Shown: positions 35,107 through 47,791 of the stretch, piece after piece | Numbering within the stretch: position 1 is the stretch's first letter | How the letters are laid out: each line of letters begins with the position of its first letter | NCBI GenBank assembly: GCA_002633005.1 | Contig: NMRA01000258.1 | Span: 331,126-395,125, forward strand | DNA: 64,000 nucleotides | Direction of reading: 5' to 3' | Origin: Phoronis australis | Taxonomy: Eukaryota > Animalia > Phoronida | Position numbers and translations under genes: made by a program | The notes under the pieces: model-generated | Database searches by the model: none | Told to the model about the DNA's origin: nothing | The model's input: the letters and a program-made list of their open reading frames with translations, nothing else

Positions 35107-36416
35107 CAATTTTATATGTAAGGATAATGCTCGAGGGCAAAGCACTTTCCAACAGTTTATAAAAATTACAAACAGCAATTACGATAAAAACATTTCATAA
35201 TGATTGCACTCGATTCATTTACATGACTCCCTGGAACAACAAAACAGGACAACTGCTGAGTTAACATGAAAACAAAATGTTTTTGTATCCAAGGTGAACC
35301 ACCATACACAGGCAACACGGCAACCAACCCCAGTGATCAGCCTAAATCCTAGACAAGAATAGACAGGCTACCAAGCCCTATCGTCCTCATTCCAAGGAGA
35401 ATTTGATCAAAAAGAGAGTTTAATTGATCACTGAGAGTAGGCTTGCCTGATGCCTAGTTAGAGTAGACAAGAGGACTTTGTATTACCACACATAATCACA
35501 AATGTTTAGTTGGAGTCAATCAATTATGAGACTTCTTCGTACAAACTGTCAAGACAGTTGGCCTGATAATAAGTTTCGAAGTCAAGCCCGTGAAGCCAAA
35601 CCACCAATAACACGGGTGAGAAACAACATGACCGCCGGTCCTCTAAACAGGACCTCCGGGGATCAAATGGGACCGCCGCACCAGAAAATGGGACTGACGC
35701 ACCCAAAAACATGACCGCCCCACCACAAAACAGGACCGCCGGGGACTAAAACCGCAATAACTAACAGGCTAAGATTTATTACCGTTAGGCCTACACAGAT
35801 CATACAATGGGGCTATATACGTATGCATATGCAGGTCTTGTGCCGATTAATCCACCGAAATCTTTTGTGAGCAACAAAGGACACTTCGCTTTGTAATACG
35901 CGGCGCTTTTGNCAATTTTATATGTAAGGATAATGCTCGAGGGCAAAGCACTTTCCAACAGTTTATAAAAACTACAAACAGCAATTACGATAAAAACATT
36001 TCATAATGATTGCACTCGATTCATTTACATGACTCCCTGGATCGACAAAACAGGACAACTGCTGAGTTAACATGAAAACAAAATGTTTTTGTATCCAAGG
36101 TGAACCACCCTACACAGGCAACACGGCAGCCAATCCCAGTGATCAGCCTAAATCCTAGACAAGAATAGACAGGCTACCAAGTCCTATCGTCCTCATTCCA
36201 AGGAGAATTTGATCAAAGAGAGAGTTTAATTGATCACTGGGAGTAGGCTTGCCTGATGCCTAGTTAGAGTAGACAAGAGGACTTTGTATTACCACACATA
36301 ATCACAAATGTTTAGTTGGAGTCAATAAATTATGAGACCTCTTCGTACAAACTGTGAAGACAGTTCGCCTGATGATAAGTTTCGAAGTCAAGCCCGGGAA
36401 GCCAAACCACCGATAA
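35107..36416. repeat. ~504-bp duplication across N at 35912 (probable haplotype overlap)
   Basis: 35107-35610 matches 35913-36416 with scattered SNPs; copy 2 starts exactly after the N. Confidence 0.85.
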
Positions 36417-36445
36417 AGCACTTTAAAATGTGACCCCAGATTTCA

Positions 36446-39400
36446 TCACATGACTGTGTTAAGGTCCCAGTTGTACTCATTATAGTTCAGATCCACTTGA
36501 CCTACTTGCTCCAGGCCAATTAGCAGAAGGTCTACTGTCTTCTGCTTCTCTTCAGACAAATATGGAAGACACCACCTGCAGAGATAAGAAGCTCTGATTG
36601 GTCTACTTATAGTACACAACAGGTATTCAGGTGAAACAGCCATGACCACTACGTGGAATCAGAATTCAATGACAAAGTGCCTGGAACTTTTTTCTAGTTA
36701 TATCTAGCATGTACGGTAAAAAGGAAATATAACCCATGTTGATATTAAGACTCAAGAAACAGCAGTTTTCAAGAGAAGTTTAATAGCAATTTTAAAAAAA
36801 TTCGTCCACCATCCCAAAATTATGTCAAAAAATAACAATTAATAACCTAATACTTTTCCCACTGAAAATTTTCCAATTCTTTATAAGAGATTTTGTCACT
36901 TTCCACTCCCCTATTCGCTATTGGTTTACCAAGAGTTACCATAAAACAGGGTCCGTTTCGTTTAAACAGAAACATACAGTTAGCACACAATGTAGCAGAC
37001 AACTGAAATTGTAATTAGTCAATTGAAATTTCTTAGTATACCAAAATGAAGATTAAGGAAATTGTAGAGAATTATGGCTGGAATGAAGTGTATAGATATC
37101 ATAAAACAACATTTGCTAAAGTCTACGTTATTTGCTAGCAAGGTAGTCAGCCTTTAAAAATAGACAAATGACAATTTCGGCAAAATAGGTGAAGAATTAC
37201 AGTTCAACAGCTGTGAAACTATACAATAATTTTAGCAAAACAAATTGTAGGGAGTATATAAAATTGCAAGAGTATGTCAGCTCCACACTTTTGGCACAAA
37301 GTCAAGGTCAAATTTAGGTGGTGACTACCGAGGGAGAAGAGAGGTGAAATTTCAAGACAAAAACATCACAGGTCCGGTAATGCCAGGCAATAATCTCTAA
37401 TAAAAGTAAGGGTGTGGTAGATATAATCTCAAATCTTGGGAACAGCACCTGACCAACAAGAACGCCCAGAGGAGTGACACTTGGCGAACTTAACTGAAAA
37501 GACGACGATGGAGAGGATGATGATGATTATGGTGGCGATGATGAACATGATGATCACATTCATATGACCAACGAAAATGCCTGAAGTCAGTAAGAAATAT
37601 AGGCTACAGTCTTGTGCAATAAAAGATAAACCAACAACAGTGTAACAAAATCGGTCAACAAAGGAACAGCGTTTTCAGAAAACCTCAAATAACTCAAAAA
37701 GTAGGCGTCCTAGTGAAAAATGAAAAGCATCTTCTGAAAGCTCGTTCAAAACTCTATCTTAATCATATAGTTTTACAAAATTCACCAAATTTTTCAAAAA
37801 ATTTAAAGTTTTTCAACTGTTTTGAAACTGAAAGTCAAATAACTAAAAAATTAAGTCTGAGAAAAACATTGTCACAGAACATTTGAAAGAGTATACCAAT
37901 GTAAAAATTCATGTCATTTGCTCTTCCCATTCAAAATGTCACCGCAGAACGATAGAAAATGAGTGCAAATGCGCCAGATCCGCCATATTGGAAGCGACTT
38001 AAAGTTATATGGCATTTGATAATAGCCAATTACAAGAAACTGTTCTGGTTCAACAATGCACCCTCTACAGGAGAAAACGTTTTCGGGCAGAAATCAAGGT
38101 GTGCATGCGCAACTGATGATATTTCCGCGATCTTTAACCGGAAGTTAGTGGTTTAGGCACAATTGTAGAACTGGTCTTTTGTAATAATCATACCAGTTTT
38201 CAGACTTGTACGTCAAAAGTTACAGACATTATGACCAGTTGATTCTGAATTTGAAAACAAAATGGCTGCCAAGTCCGCCACTTTGAATCCGATCATGACG
38301 AAAAACTATAGGCTTCCAGCAATTGCGTAACTACAGGTTGTGTGAAAATTTCGTGCAAATCGAACGAAAAATGCGACCTGTAGAGTGCGAACAAACAAAA
38401 AAACAAAAAAAGAAACAAACTCAGTGTCAGAGCAACATACTTGGAAAAATTCGACAGAATTTCTCAAAGTAAAAATTAAGTCAAGCGTTGTCTGCGGTCA
38501 TCAGTAAGCATAAGCTGTGTCCACTCACTTGACGCCATCGACGTCTGTTCTGCCAAAATCCTGCCTGTACCACTGCAACAGTCTGGGTAAATACATCTCC
38601 CCACACTTAGGCAGCGTGATGATCTCTGCCTCTAGGTACGTCTTGGTTGCCTCAGTCAGTGCACGGTCAAGGTTAGTGGCAGTGTACACACGAATCGCAG
38701 GACATGACTAAGGCAAAAAGGAGCTCTTCACACTAATTTAAAACTAAATTATCCATAATATGCAGCCTTTTACTGAAAGTGGCATTAAACTGGGTGGGCT
38801 TTCATTCAAAAACAAATTTTGATTTAGGGCACTTACAGGACTGTCATAAAATTGGTTTCAGATTGTTCCTTAGTCAAATTGGAAGGACTTCAGAGCTTCA
38901 AAAGAACTGACTGTTGGTTTTTCAGACAAAAATTAAGCTGATAAAATGGCAGGTCATGGCATGGCCTGCCATTTTATCAGCTAGGTCTGAAGGTCTGAAG
39001 AAATAACGAACTGTTAATTCTTAGGGAGCCCAGAGGTCACTTCTAAACTGATTAAGGAACAAGATAAGACAAATTTTCTAACAGAAAGTGGTCTAAATCA
39101 AAACTTTTTCGACAGAAAGTACGAATTTTATGCCGCTTTAAATCCGCACTGAACTAGACACTCCATTGAAGAAACTAAATTTTGATTTAGACCAATTACC
39201 CATACAAAATTGGTCTCAACTCGTTACTTACTCGTTGATTTTTGATCTTGCAAAAAACTGAAAGTTTTTTATTCACTGAGGCCATAACCGGCGAATAAAA
39301 TGACATGCCATAAGTCAACTTGTAAGGCCCAGTCTTGAGCAATAGGGAACTGTGATTTCTATAGAAGTCCGGAAGTGACAAATTCATTACTGCTAAATGT

Positions 39401-42400
39401 TCAAAATAAAAAGTTGTTACTGTGACAGCTAGATAGCCGAGGAAGTTAAAGGGACCTTTCCTCTTTACACGTCAAATAAAACGCAAAGTAACCACACTAC
39501 TAAACAAGGTATGTCTCAAACCTTCCCATGGCATGATGGTAGATACTGATTTGTGAGCCCAACAGGCCATTTTGGACACTGACAAGCAGTAAAAATGAGT
39601 TTCAAAAGACCATGAGTTTTGGCAGGATGGTCCAAACTTTCCAGAGTATGGGCAACTTCTCATCAATAGCAGGTGATGTCTAAATTTGTGTTGACAGTTG
39701 ACACCGATAATGTGGTAATTTTGACACCACTTTACTATTAGCCTATTGCACAATTTTCTGGTGTTAGTAGGCAAGAAATGCCCCTTTAAAGATTTTTTGG
39801 TGGAGAGGTCATGTTTTGCTACATACTAGGTGAAAACAGGGTGCTAAAAAGATCATGACACTTGGTTGGACCAAATCATTCCATACACCTAGAGTATTTT
39901 TGTAGCCTCAAATGATTCCTTGGAGGCATTTCATATTTACTGAACATGTGTGAACTTCAATCCTAAACGCAAAAGGATTTGGTCAGCAGAGGCTTAAAAA
40001 ATAATAATTTCAGCATAGCAGGTTTCAAGAGTCGTGTGTGACATCATTCTCAGTCCCCAGTCAGCTTCTTGGTGTACTCGTCTGTTAAATCTTGTTTCAG
40101 CGTATAATCATAGGGGGATCCCAGTGTATATAACACTCACTGCGGTTTCCGAGCTGAATTTTATGGTATATTTTTGTGTAGGTCTTAATAAATTGGTAAA
40201 AGTTAAAGTTTGGAGTTAGCGCATTCGATGGCATCCTCCATTTTCACAATCACATGACTTGCCGTCAGAATTGAAGTTCCCACATACGCACACATGAAAC
40301 AACTCCGAGTGAAAACCTGAGGCCATAAAAATGCGCAAGTTGTTCCAGAAGATGATAGATGTCAACGGACCTTTTTAAAAGTAATTACACTTTAATGCTG
40401 TGCTACAGTGTTCTTTAAGCAACACACAAATTGTTAAATAACAAAAAACGTAGGAACAGAGTAGCCCCATATCTGTCGTTTCAAATACAAAACAGTTGGC
40501 AAATTCTACCCAACGAAATAGTCATTTTTGATAGCCGCCAGTAACAAGTAGAAATAAGCCTGTTGCTATTGGCAACTGTTGGTACTCCAATGAGCAGACT
40601 GCAGTAGGAGGTAAACAATTGCACAAAAAGTCACTTTTCATGAAACAGACCCCAGACATTCCAGAAGGAATAACATCTAGGCGCGACTATTTACACACTA
40701 TAAACACAACAATTACATACATGTAATTACACAACCATGCAAAATACAAGAATGCTTAAAAACACTTTCGTTCAACTCAAAACACATCTATATAGAACTA
40801 CAAGGATACTTAGTATCACTAGCTGTCATCAATAGTATCTTAGTCATTAGTATATCAGCCTATTGAATTGGGCTAAAGCATGCTTTAGTTTCTTGTAAAG
40901 GAGGCTGGACTCTAATTAGTGAATTACAACTACAATGAATTGTAATTACAACTAGTCTATGATAAGACAATAGTCCTGCATTGTCCACTGTCAACACAGG
41001 ACAAGCAGAGGGCGGATCCAGGATTTTTTAAAAGGGAGGTTGGATCAAGAATTTTTAAAAAGAGGGTCCAAGTCGACAACTTGAAAATTCTAGATTTGAC
41101 GTCAAGGGAAACGAGGTACGGACCACCTTGATCCCCTAGATCAGCCTATGACAAGTGACACCTCTACTATTGTGACAGATAGGCAAAGCAGGACCTGTTT
41201 TGACAGTGTGACTGTGACATGTATCTGAATAAACTATTAAATATATTTCATCACTGATTTAAGAGGTAACCTTGGATTTGTTGGCACCAGCATCCTACTA
41301 AGTTCTAGTGTAAACATTACAACCATTCCAATGACATGAACAAACATGATCACAGCTGAATTCACAGTTTGTTTGCCCTCTACTCACCTTAGCACCACAG
41401 TTCAAAGCAAAATGTATTCTTGGATCCACTGCGTGTTCCACAAATTTTAACCGTGCATCATCGGCGGCAAACTGTGGCTTTCTTGTGGCTGCATGCCCTC
41501 TGTTATCTAGTACAAGAAAATAACAACGTTTACTTGCAAAAAATAGTTTACTATCAGTATATGGTGAAAAAATTGAATAGTCATCACTATTACACAGCTG
41601 TATTAATGGAAACAGCTGAATTGTTGTAACCATAAAATACATAGATTATCTTTACATACATAATATGGAAACCCAGTCAGCAATTATCAATGACAATAAA
41701 TAAGACAAAGCTCAACAATAAAAGCTAGATGTGTGTCATTACGACATTATACAAATTAACAATAATCTACAATGTTATAAAATTCACAAGTTATTTTTAA
41801 AAAAATTATCAAACATTTCTTTTTCAATATTCTGTGGCGGTGATTCCTAGAAACATCTTCCCAACGATCGGAATTAAGCACAAGAAAAAGAACAAAAGCA
41901 ACATGGAGCGTTGATATGCACCCACCACCTGCATCGCAGATACATGAAACAACAAAATATTTTAAACATTGCTCCTAAACAAAGCAATGCTAATAAACTT
42001 AATAATAATCTCAAGGGGGTGCAAAGCGAGTCAGAAATGCTCCCCTCAACAGCAAAACACCTGCCTCCTATCATCATGGCTCTTCAAGAAGTTTGTGGGA
42101 CAGGGAGGCAGACGACGAAGGACACATTAAAAATAATGGAATGCCACCAGGTGCAACTTGGGTCAAATCCATCAGAAACAAGGCTGGCGCTGCTGTCTAC
42201 AGGATCATAACTTTTTTGCCAAATTTCAGGAACTTGGTATGAAGGGAAACACAAAAACAAAAATTGCGACACTGCAGTATTGGAGATACAGCAGTGGAAG
42301 CCAGACAGATGGATGGCAATGACGACAAAATACACCAATATGTATATTATGTATATGTAACTATGTGTATATTAATTTTATAAAAATATGTGGGCTCATA

Positions 42401-45400
42401 AAAAATAGTAAAAGGACTTGTAAAAGTAAATTACCTCTCAATATTCCATGTTCTATATCGTCTAAGGAGAATGTGTAACCTCCAATGTCATAGGCTGTCG
42501 TCATGAAGAACTGTTTGATGTCTAACACAGACTTGGGGACTACATCACAGCTAGCCAGACCATGTATTGTGAGAGCATTGTAGACATCTAACCAGGATAA
42601 GGACAATATAGTAACACTGCTACAAACCTAGCAATGTCATGCATGACAACACAAGTAATACAAGTAGCTGTACACCTATTTCCAAATAAATTTAGTTTAA
42701 ATACTTTCTCCTGACAGTTTGAATAACTAAAATTGAGGTAGAATAGGACTGTATAAAAGTGCCCAAATTTGCCAAACTTCGGAACATCATATCCCAAGAG
42801 GTGGCGGATTGGATTCTTATGAAAATTTCAGATATCATGAAATGCACTATTTTCCATTACGTAGTTAAGAACTACTTTTAAAGAGCTCCACTTAGGCAGG
42901 AGGGGAAGAATAAATAGGAGTTTCACGAGTTTCATAAAAAATCAAAAGTTGCATAAAACAAAATAAAATGATAATTTAGAAAATCATAACAACATTTTTT
43001 GAGGATTTTATCAAGTGAAATTAGGTCAATAGTCATGTTATTGGTACCTTAAAATTCTTCTTTGTTAAATTTATCTAAAATGACAAGGTCATGTGACCCA
43101 ATTAACGACAGAAAATTGTTAAAAGTCAGAAATCTAAGTTTACAAGTTTTTCACTTCCAGAAAATAAATAGATTTAGTAGATATTTGGCTGAATGCACAG
43201 ATATGGCAATAGCGCCCCCTACAGGCAAAGACCAAAATACAAAATATTACAATCATTAAATTAAAGCTATGTTGAAAACCCTTATAAACCCATTTTGCTG
43301 ATTCCGTTGCTTGGCAATTTAATATGCCTATCATTCCAATATAATGTATATCCAATAATCAAAGGTAAAATAAGCATGAACAATATAGTTTTCTTCGCAC
43401 AACAAATAAATACAGTCAATAACAAGACAAGGATACTGATGAAGAATGCCAGTTTTTCTGCAGAAGATGATAATGATGCCAAGTTGACCTTGTTAAGCTT
43501 CTTAGCCTCCATGTTGTACTCTTCAAACACCTTACTCTGCTTCATGTCTGTGTAGTTGACACTGCTGCCATCTTCAGTCATAAATTTTCCCTTGAGCCTA
43601 CAAACATAATAGAAAAACAAAGTAAGTGTTGAGTATACTCCGAAGTGTGTAATGGTGCAGATATATTTCACTAAAGTGACAATTAAAAAAAAAACTTGCA
43701 ATAACATCCCACAGTTTCTAGCATTCCTAGCTTTATGGAGATTTAAGCTGCATCGTTTAGGAGAAGTGTTACCACTTATCACGTTTGCTAAGTTACTGAC
43801 AGCATTGTAGAGACTCCCAAGGGTACTTTGATGTCTTTGACATCTGAACCATTCGTGCAAGTTAGTAACTCCTGTCAACATGTGCAGTTGTAGGCCAATT
43901 TTTGACCAGGACAGATTAAACGAACAACACAAGATCCACAGACACCAGTGCATGTAGCCGAGAGAATGAGGTGCATCCTTTGGGCAAGTTTAGTGAACTT
44001 AATAATTTTCTGTTTTTCAAAAACTCCCAACATCATAGCGTTGTTCACATTATTCTGTTGGCTGCTATGATCATAGGCTTGAATTACTTTGGAGCTGTTC
44101 ATGAAAACTAATAAAATAAAACCTCACTTGTCTGTTATTTTGTATCCTAAATTATTGAGATAATACCAACACTGAGTGTTGGCCAACATACGGGTAGTTG
44201 AAACTTCCAATAATCAGAGTTCAATGTGGGTGAAAATTCCAACAACTGATGCACATCGTATGTGAAACTTCCAATAACTGGAATCCAACATGAATAAAAT
44301 CTCCAACAACTGGTGCCTATCAGTCTGTGGAAAGTTGAAAGATACTTTTTTGTTGTAAAGAGATCACTCATCAATGTACACAATTATTATACAACATGTA
44401 CAGCAATTACCAAAAATAGGTAAACTATCTACATTTTCATGTCTTCTCATACAAGAGACTTGAGTTGCTTAACAGTTCATGCTCACTATCCTGAAAGTTG
44501 TTCCTAAATCATAGTAAAATGGACACTCACCTAAAAATTAATGTTCGTCTTCTACATTCCTTACAAACAGTACATAATCTATTCTCTGAATTTTCAAATG
44601 TCTCCCTCTTCCTATTTGTTGTAAGTTATGATTTGAGCATCTACGGGTTGCTAAGGCCTACAGGTATTTCCTAGTTTTTACATTTTCCCATAAGTAACGA
44701 ATGTTTGCATCTCAAGGCATTGCTTCCCACCAAACTTCAAATTTTGTTGTTTAAACACCCTTAAAATTACTTCCTCGTCACCAACCCAGTGTCCCAAATA
44801 ATAACAAAACCAAATTTAAACACTAACTTCTTCATTCACAACACCCAATACTTGATATTTCATTCACCCAATTTCCATTGACAAGACAGTTATGTACTGT
44901 AAACGTTCGGGTTAACGCCCTAGGCAATTAAATTGGCAAACCTAAGAAATCAGGGGTGGGCGGTTAACCAGACATGGGTGCTTAAACGTGAAATTTCAAG
45001 AAATCCAGGGTGGGCGGTTAACTGAGCATGGGTGTTAACCCGAATGCTTACGGTAATAACAGATTTCTTATATACCAGTTCTCACTAACAACAAGCAATT
45101 TCGAACAGTATTTAAAGATTGAAAAAATCTTAATGTTAACATAATATACCCTCTCTTAGTTCTCCTCTGGCTGCTAAGTTAGGGACATTTGCAAAAAGCC
45201 TACGTAACAAGAATTTACAAAACTTGTTGATTGTGTAAAATGTCCACATTCACTACAAGATGAAAACCCCTATTTATGAACCATTCAATTTCAAAATCAC
45301 AAATGTGCAGCAGCCAAGTGATTATCAAACTAGAACATGTGTTTTTTTTTCACAATAAATAAGGCTTTGGATGCCAGCTAAACTTTTGTCCACAAACTAC

Positions 45401-47507
45401 AATTATTATTATTATAAAGCTTGGTTTGTATCGCCAGATACACTATCTACCTTTTCATTGGCTAAATCAAACTAATTGTAAAACACTTGTCATCCATGAT
45501 TACTTCCATGTGTGCAGTGGTGCAATGCCTTGCAAGTTTGGCGACACAACTCAAGATGATGCAAAATTCCACAAGTGAAAGGTGAACATCGACTAGCAAA
45601 TGAGTGCCATTGAAGTGCTCGATCAGGAGATGGGATTAACAAATAAAATGGAAAAAAATGACAATAGTCCCTTTTGAACTGTCTTGTTTTGTTGCGTAGC
45701 CCCGTGATTATTTGATGCAACACCGGCTCTTGAAACAGTTCTGTTGAATCTAAAAGGAAGCAGCTTGCTATTGTCCACTCTTATCTTAATGGAGATAAAA
45801 CAAGAAGACCATTTGCTGTGGAAACAGGATATTAATCACAAACAGCATCTAGATAAGGACAGGGACAGTATAACAGGAATCCAAATCTAATGTATCCACT
45901 TCCATTTGCACTACAGCTTTGTACAATCCCTGAGATAGATAGCTTCCAATCCACAGATCATTACAGGCAATATATAGGTGGACCTTAGCTTCAGACATTG
46001 CAGGCATATTACTAGTAAGTCATCCCGGCCACGCAGACCTGTGTCCACTGCTGTACTGCTGTTGGTCATCTTCTCCGTTTGTAACTTACAATTTCAGGGC
46101 CAATTTGAAGCTTCATATGATTTTGAACATGAAATAAGGATATTTTTTACAATAAAGACATAAACTTCACCCAGCAGAGCTGTAACATAACAATATGGGG
46201 AAAAACAATGTTTTATTATAGTCAGGTAATGTTGCTTTGTAACATCAGTCAACCACAATCGAATGTTTTACTTGACACAAGTAACATTCAATTTTCTCTT
46301 GGTGCTGCCTTCATAATGTAAATACATTGATTAGCTGAGTAATTCTTCTTAAAAACCAAACTGATGAGGTACAGCTTTGCAAAAACTTGATTTAAAATAA
46401 TAATTTCAAATACCTTACTTACAACACTACGAAGAGCAATAGGTTGATAATTTGCAAACTTGTCCTTAACAATGGGAAAAATAAAAACTGATATTAAAGA
46501 CTGATCAGGGAGCATGCCGTGCACAAAAGAAGTAGCAAAAACAATAATGTAACAGATTGCAAAGAACTGATGCTAAATCTGAATGTTTACCACGGTTTTA
46601 GAGTGATCCAGTCTGCTAATTGTAACTTTCTTAAAGTCGATTTCATGTTTTGCTATTGAAGTTTTTATCATTTTAACTTCTTCGCCAAATATGATAAAAA
46701 CCAATCATAAAAATTCAGGTAAGCCGCATTTGACAGAGCTGGTCAATAAAAAACAATAACAAATATTCAGATTTTAATGATAGAGCTGCAACTCGGGAAT
46801 AGCAGTTCAGTTGGTCTACAAGGACCATGTAAGCAGACCAAGTTAACTGTCCCGGTAGCTTACTTGGTTTACAACAACACCTACAGTTTCCGGTAAAACA
46901 GACATAACAATTATTCAGTGAAAACTGCTGGTTCAAAGCAGCCATTTTCAAGAGGAACTATTTAAAAGTTTCCTCCGGCCTACAAATTATATGCAAACTT
47001 GAGATCAAGCAGAATTCCTACTTCAAGCACATCAGCATCTTAAATCATGGGTGGCGCAGCACTGTAAAAAGTGGGTGCCAGCTATAGCCCCTCCCCCCAT
47101 GGTGCACCGCCCAGGCATCGACCAATTGGGCGGCGCAGCACTGAAAAAAGTAAGGGATGTACTGCCCTAATTGTTAACGAGGTGAAAACATCTCTCTTCG
47201 CTAAGGTAGGGAGAGGTAGGGTGTAGCTTCACCTCCTATGACACACTACAGGGGACGACAGGTTGCCAGATTATCTGCATGATAGCTGCAGCAGAACTGC
47301 CAGGTCACTGGTCACACTCACAGTCACAGAGTCAGAAAGTCAGTCACAGAGTCAGAAAGTCACACTCACAACGGTACAACGCAACATTAAATTCAGTACA
47401 GAAATGTAGGAAACATACTTGAGCATAAACTGCTGTAGTTCTTGAGAAATTCTTCCGGCATCATCAGTTGGGGCAGGTTTGGGCTCTACCTTGTTGAGAA
47501 CGTTCAT
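36446..47507 (-). CDS. DUF547 domain-containing protein, 6 exons, 276 aa
   Basis: Exons 47507-47419, 43597-43437, 42587-42435, 41506-41388, 38707-38529, 36575-36446; phase-consistent (831 nt). DUF547 motifs EKLAFFINVYNALTIHG, FSLDDIEHGILR, DPRIHFALNCGAKSCP, WYRQDFG, YNEYNWDLN. Confidence 0.93.
38936..38982. repeat. 47-bp near-perfect palindrome
   Basis: AGCTGATAAAATGGCAGGTCATG-G-CATGGCCTGCCATTTTATCAGCT, 22/23 complementary. Confidence 0.9.
42588..43436 (-). other. U12-type (minor spliceosome) GT-AG intron in the DUF547 gene
   Basis: 5' site GTATCCTT; branch-like TCCTTAT about 10 nt before the AG; no polypyrimidine tract. Confidence 0.8.
46300..46690 (-). mobile_element. Degraded LINE reverse-transcriptase fragment
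   Basis: HGMLP...PIVKDK...NYQPIALRSVVSKVFEIIILN, followed by a frameshifted QFGF-like motif. Confidence 0.7.
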
Positions 47508-47782
47508 CGTGTCATGCTTCGTGAAGGATTTATCGTTTCCAACCCAACGTCAGCTACTTGCTAACTGACCTACTGACATACTTTGCTTGGAAAACAGAGT
47601 CCATTATCATTGGTAAAAAAAGTCTTGCGTGTCAAAAATTTCTCTTAATTTATGTAATATTTGTCATTTTTGCGTTTAATTTATTTTTTGTAACACTTGT
47701 AATTTGACACGCAAATGCTTTTGAAAACCTACACACAGAAAAATATATAGATGATATACGAAAGTATTTTACGAAATGTACA
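47508..47782. promoter_or_regulatory. Bidirectional promoter between DUF547 gene and TBC1D7
   Basis: Divergent ATGs only ~275-285 bp apart; ATTGG (CCAAT) at ~47609; 12-bp inverted repeat at 47625-47636 / 47703-47714. Confidence 0.7.
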
Positions 47783-47791
47783 ATGACAAAA

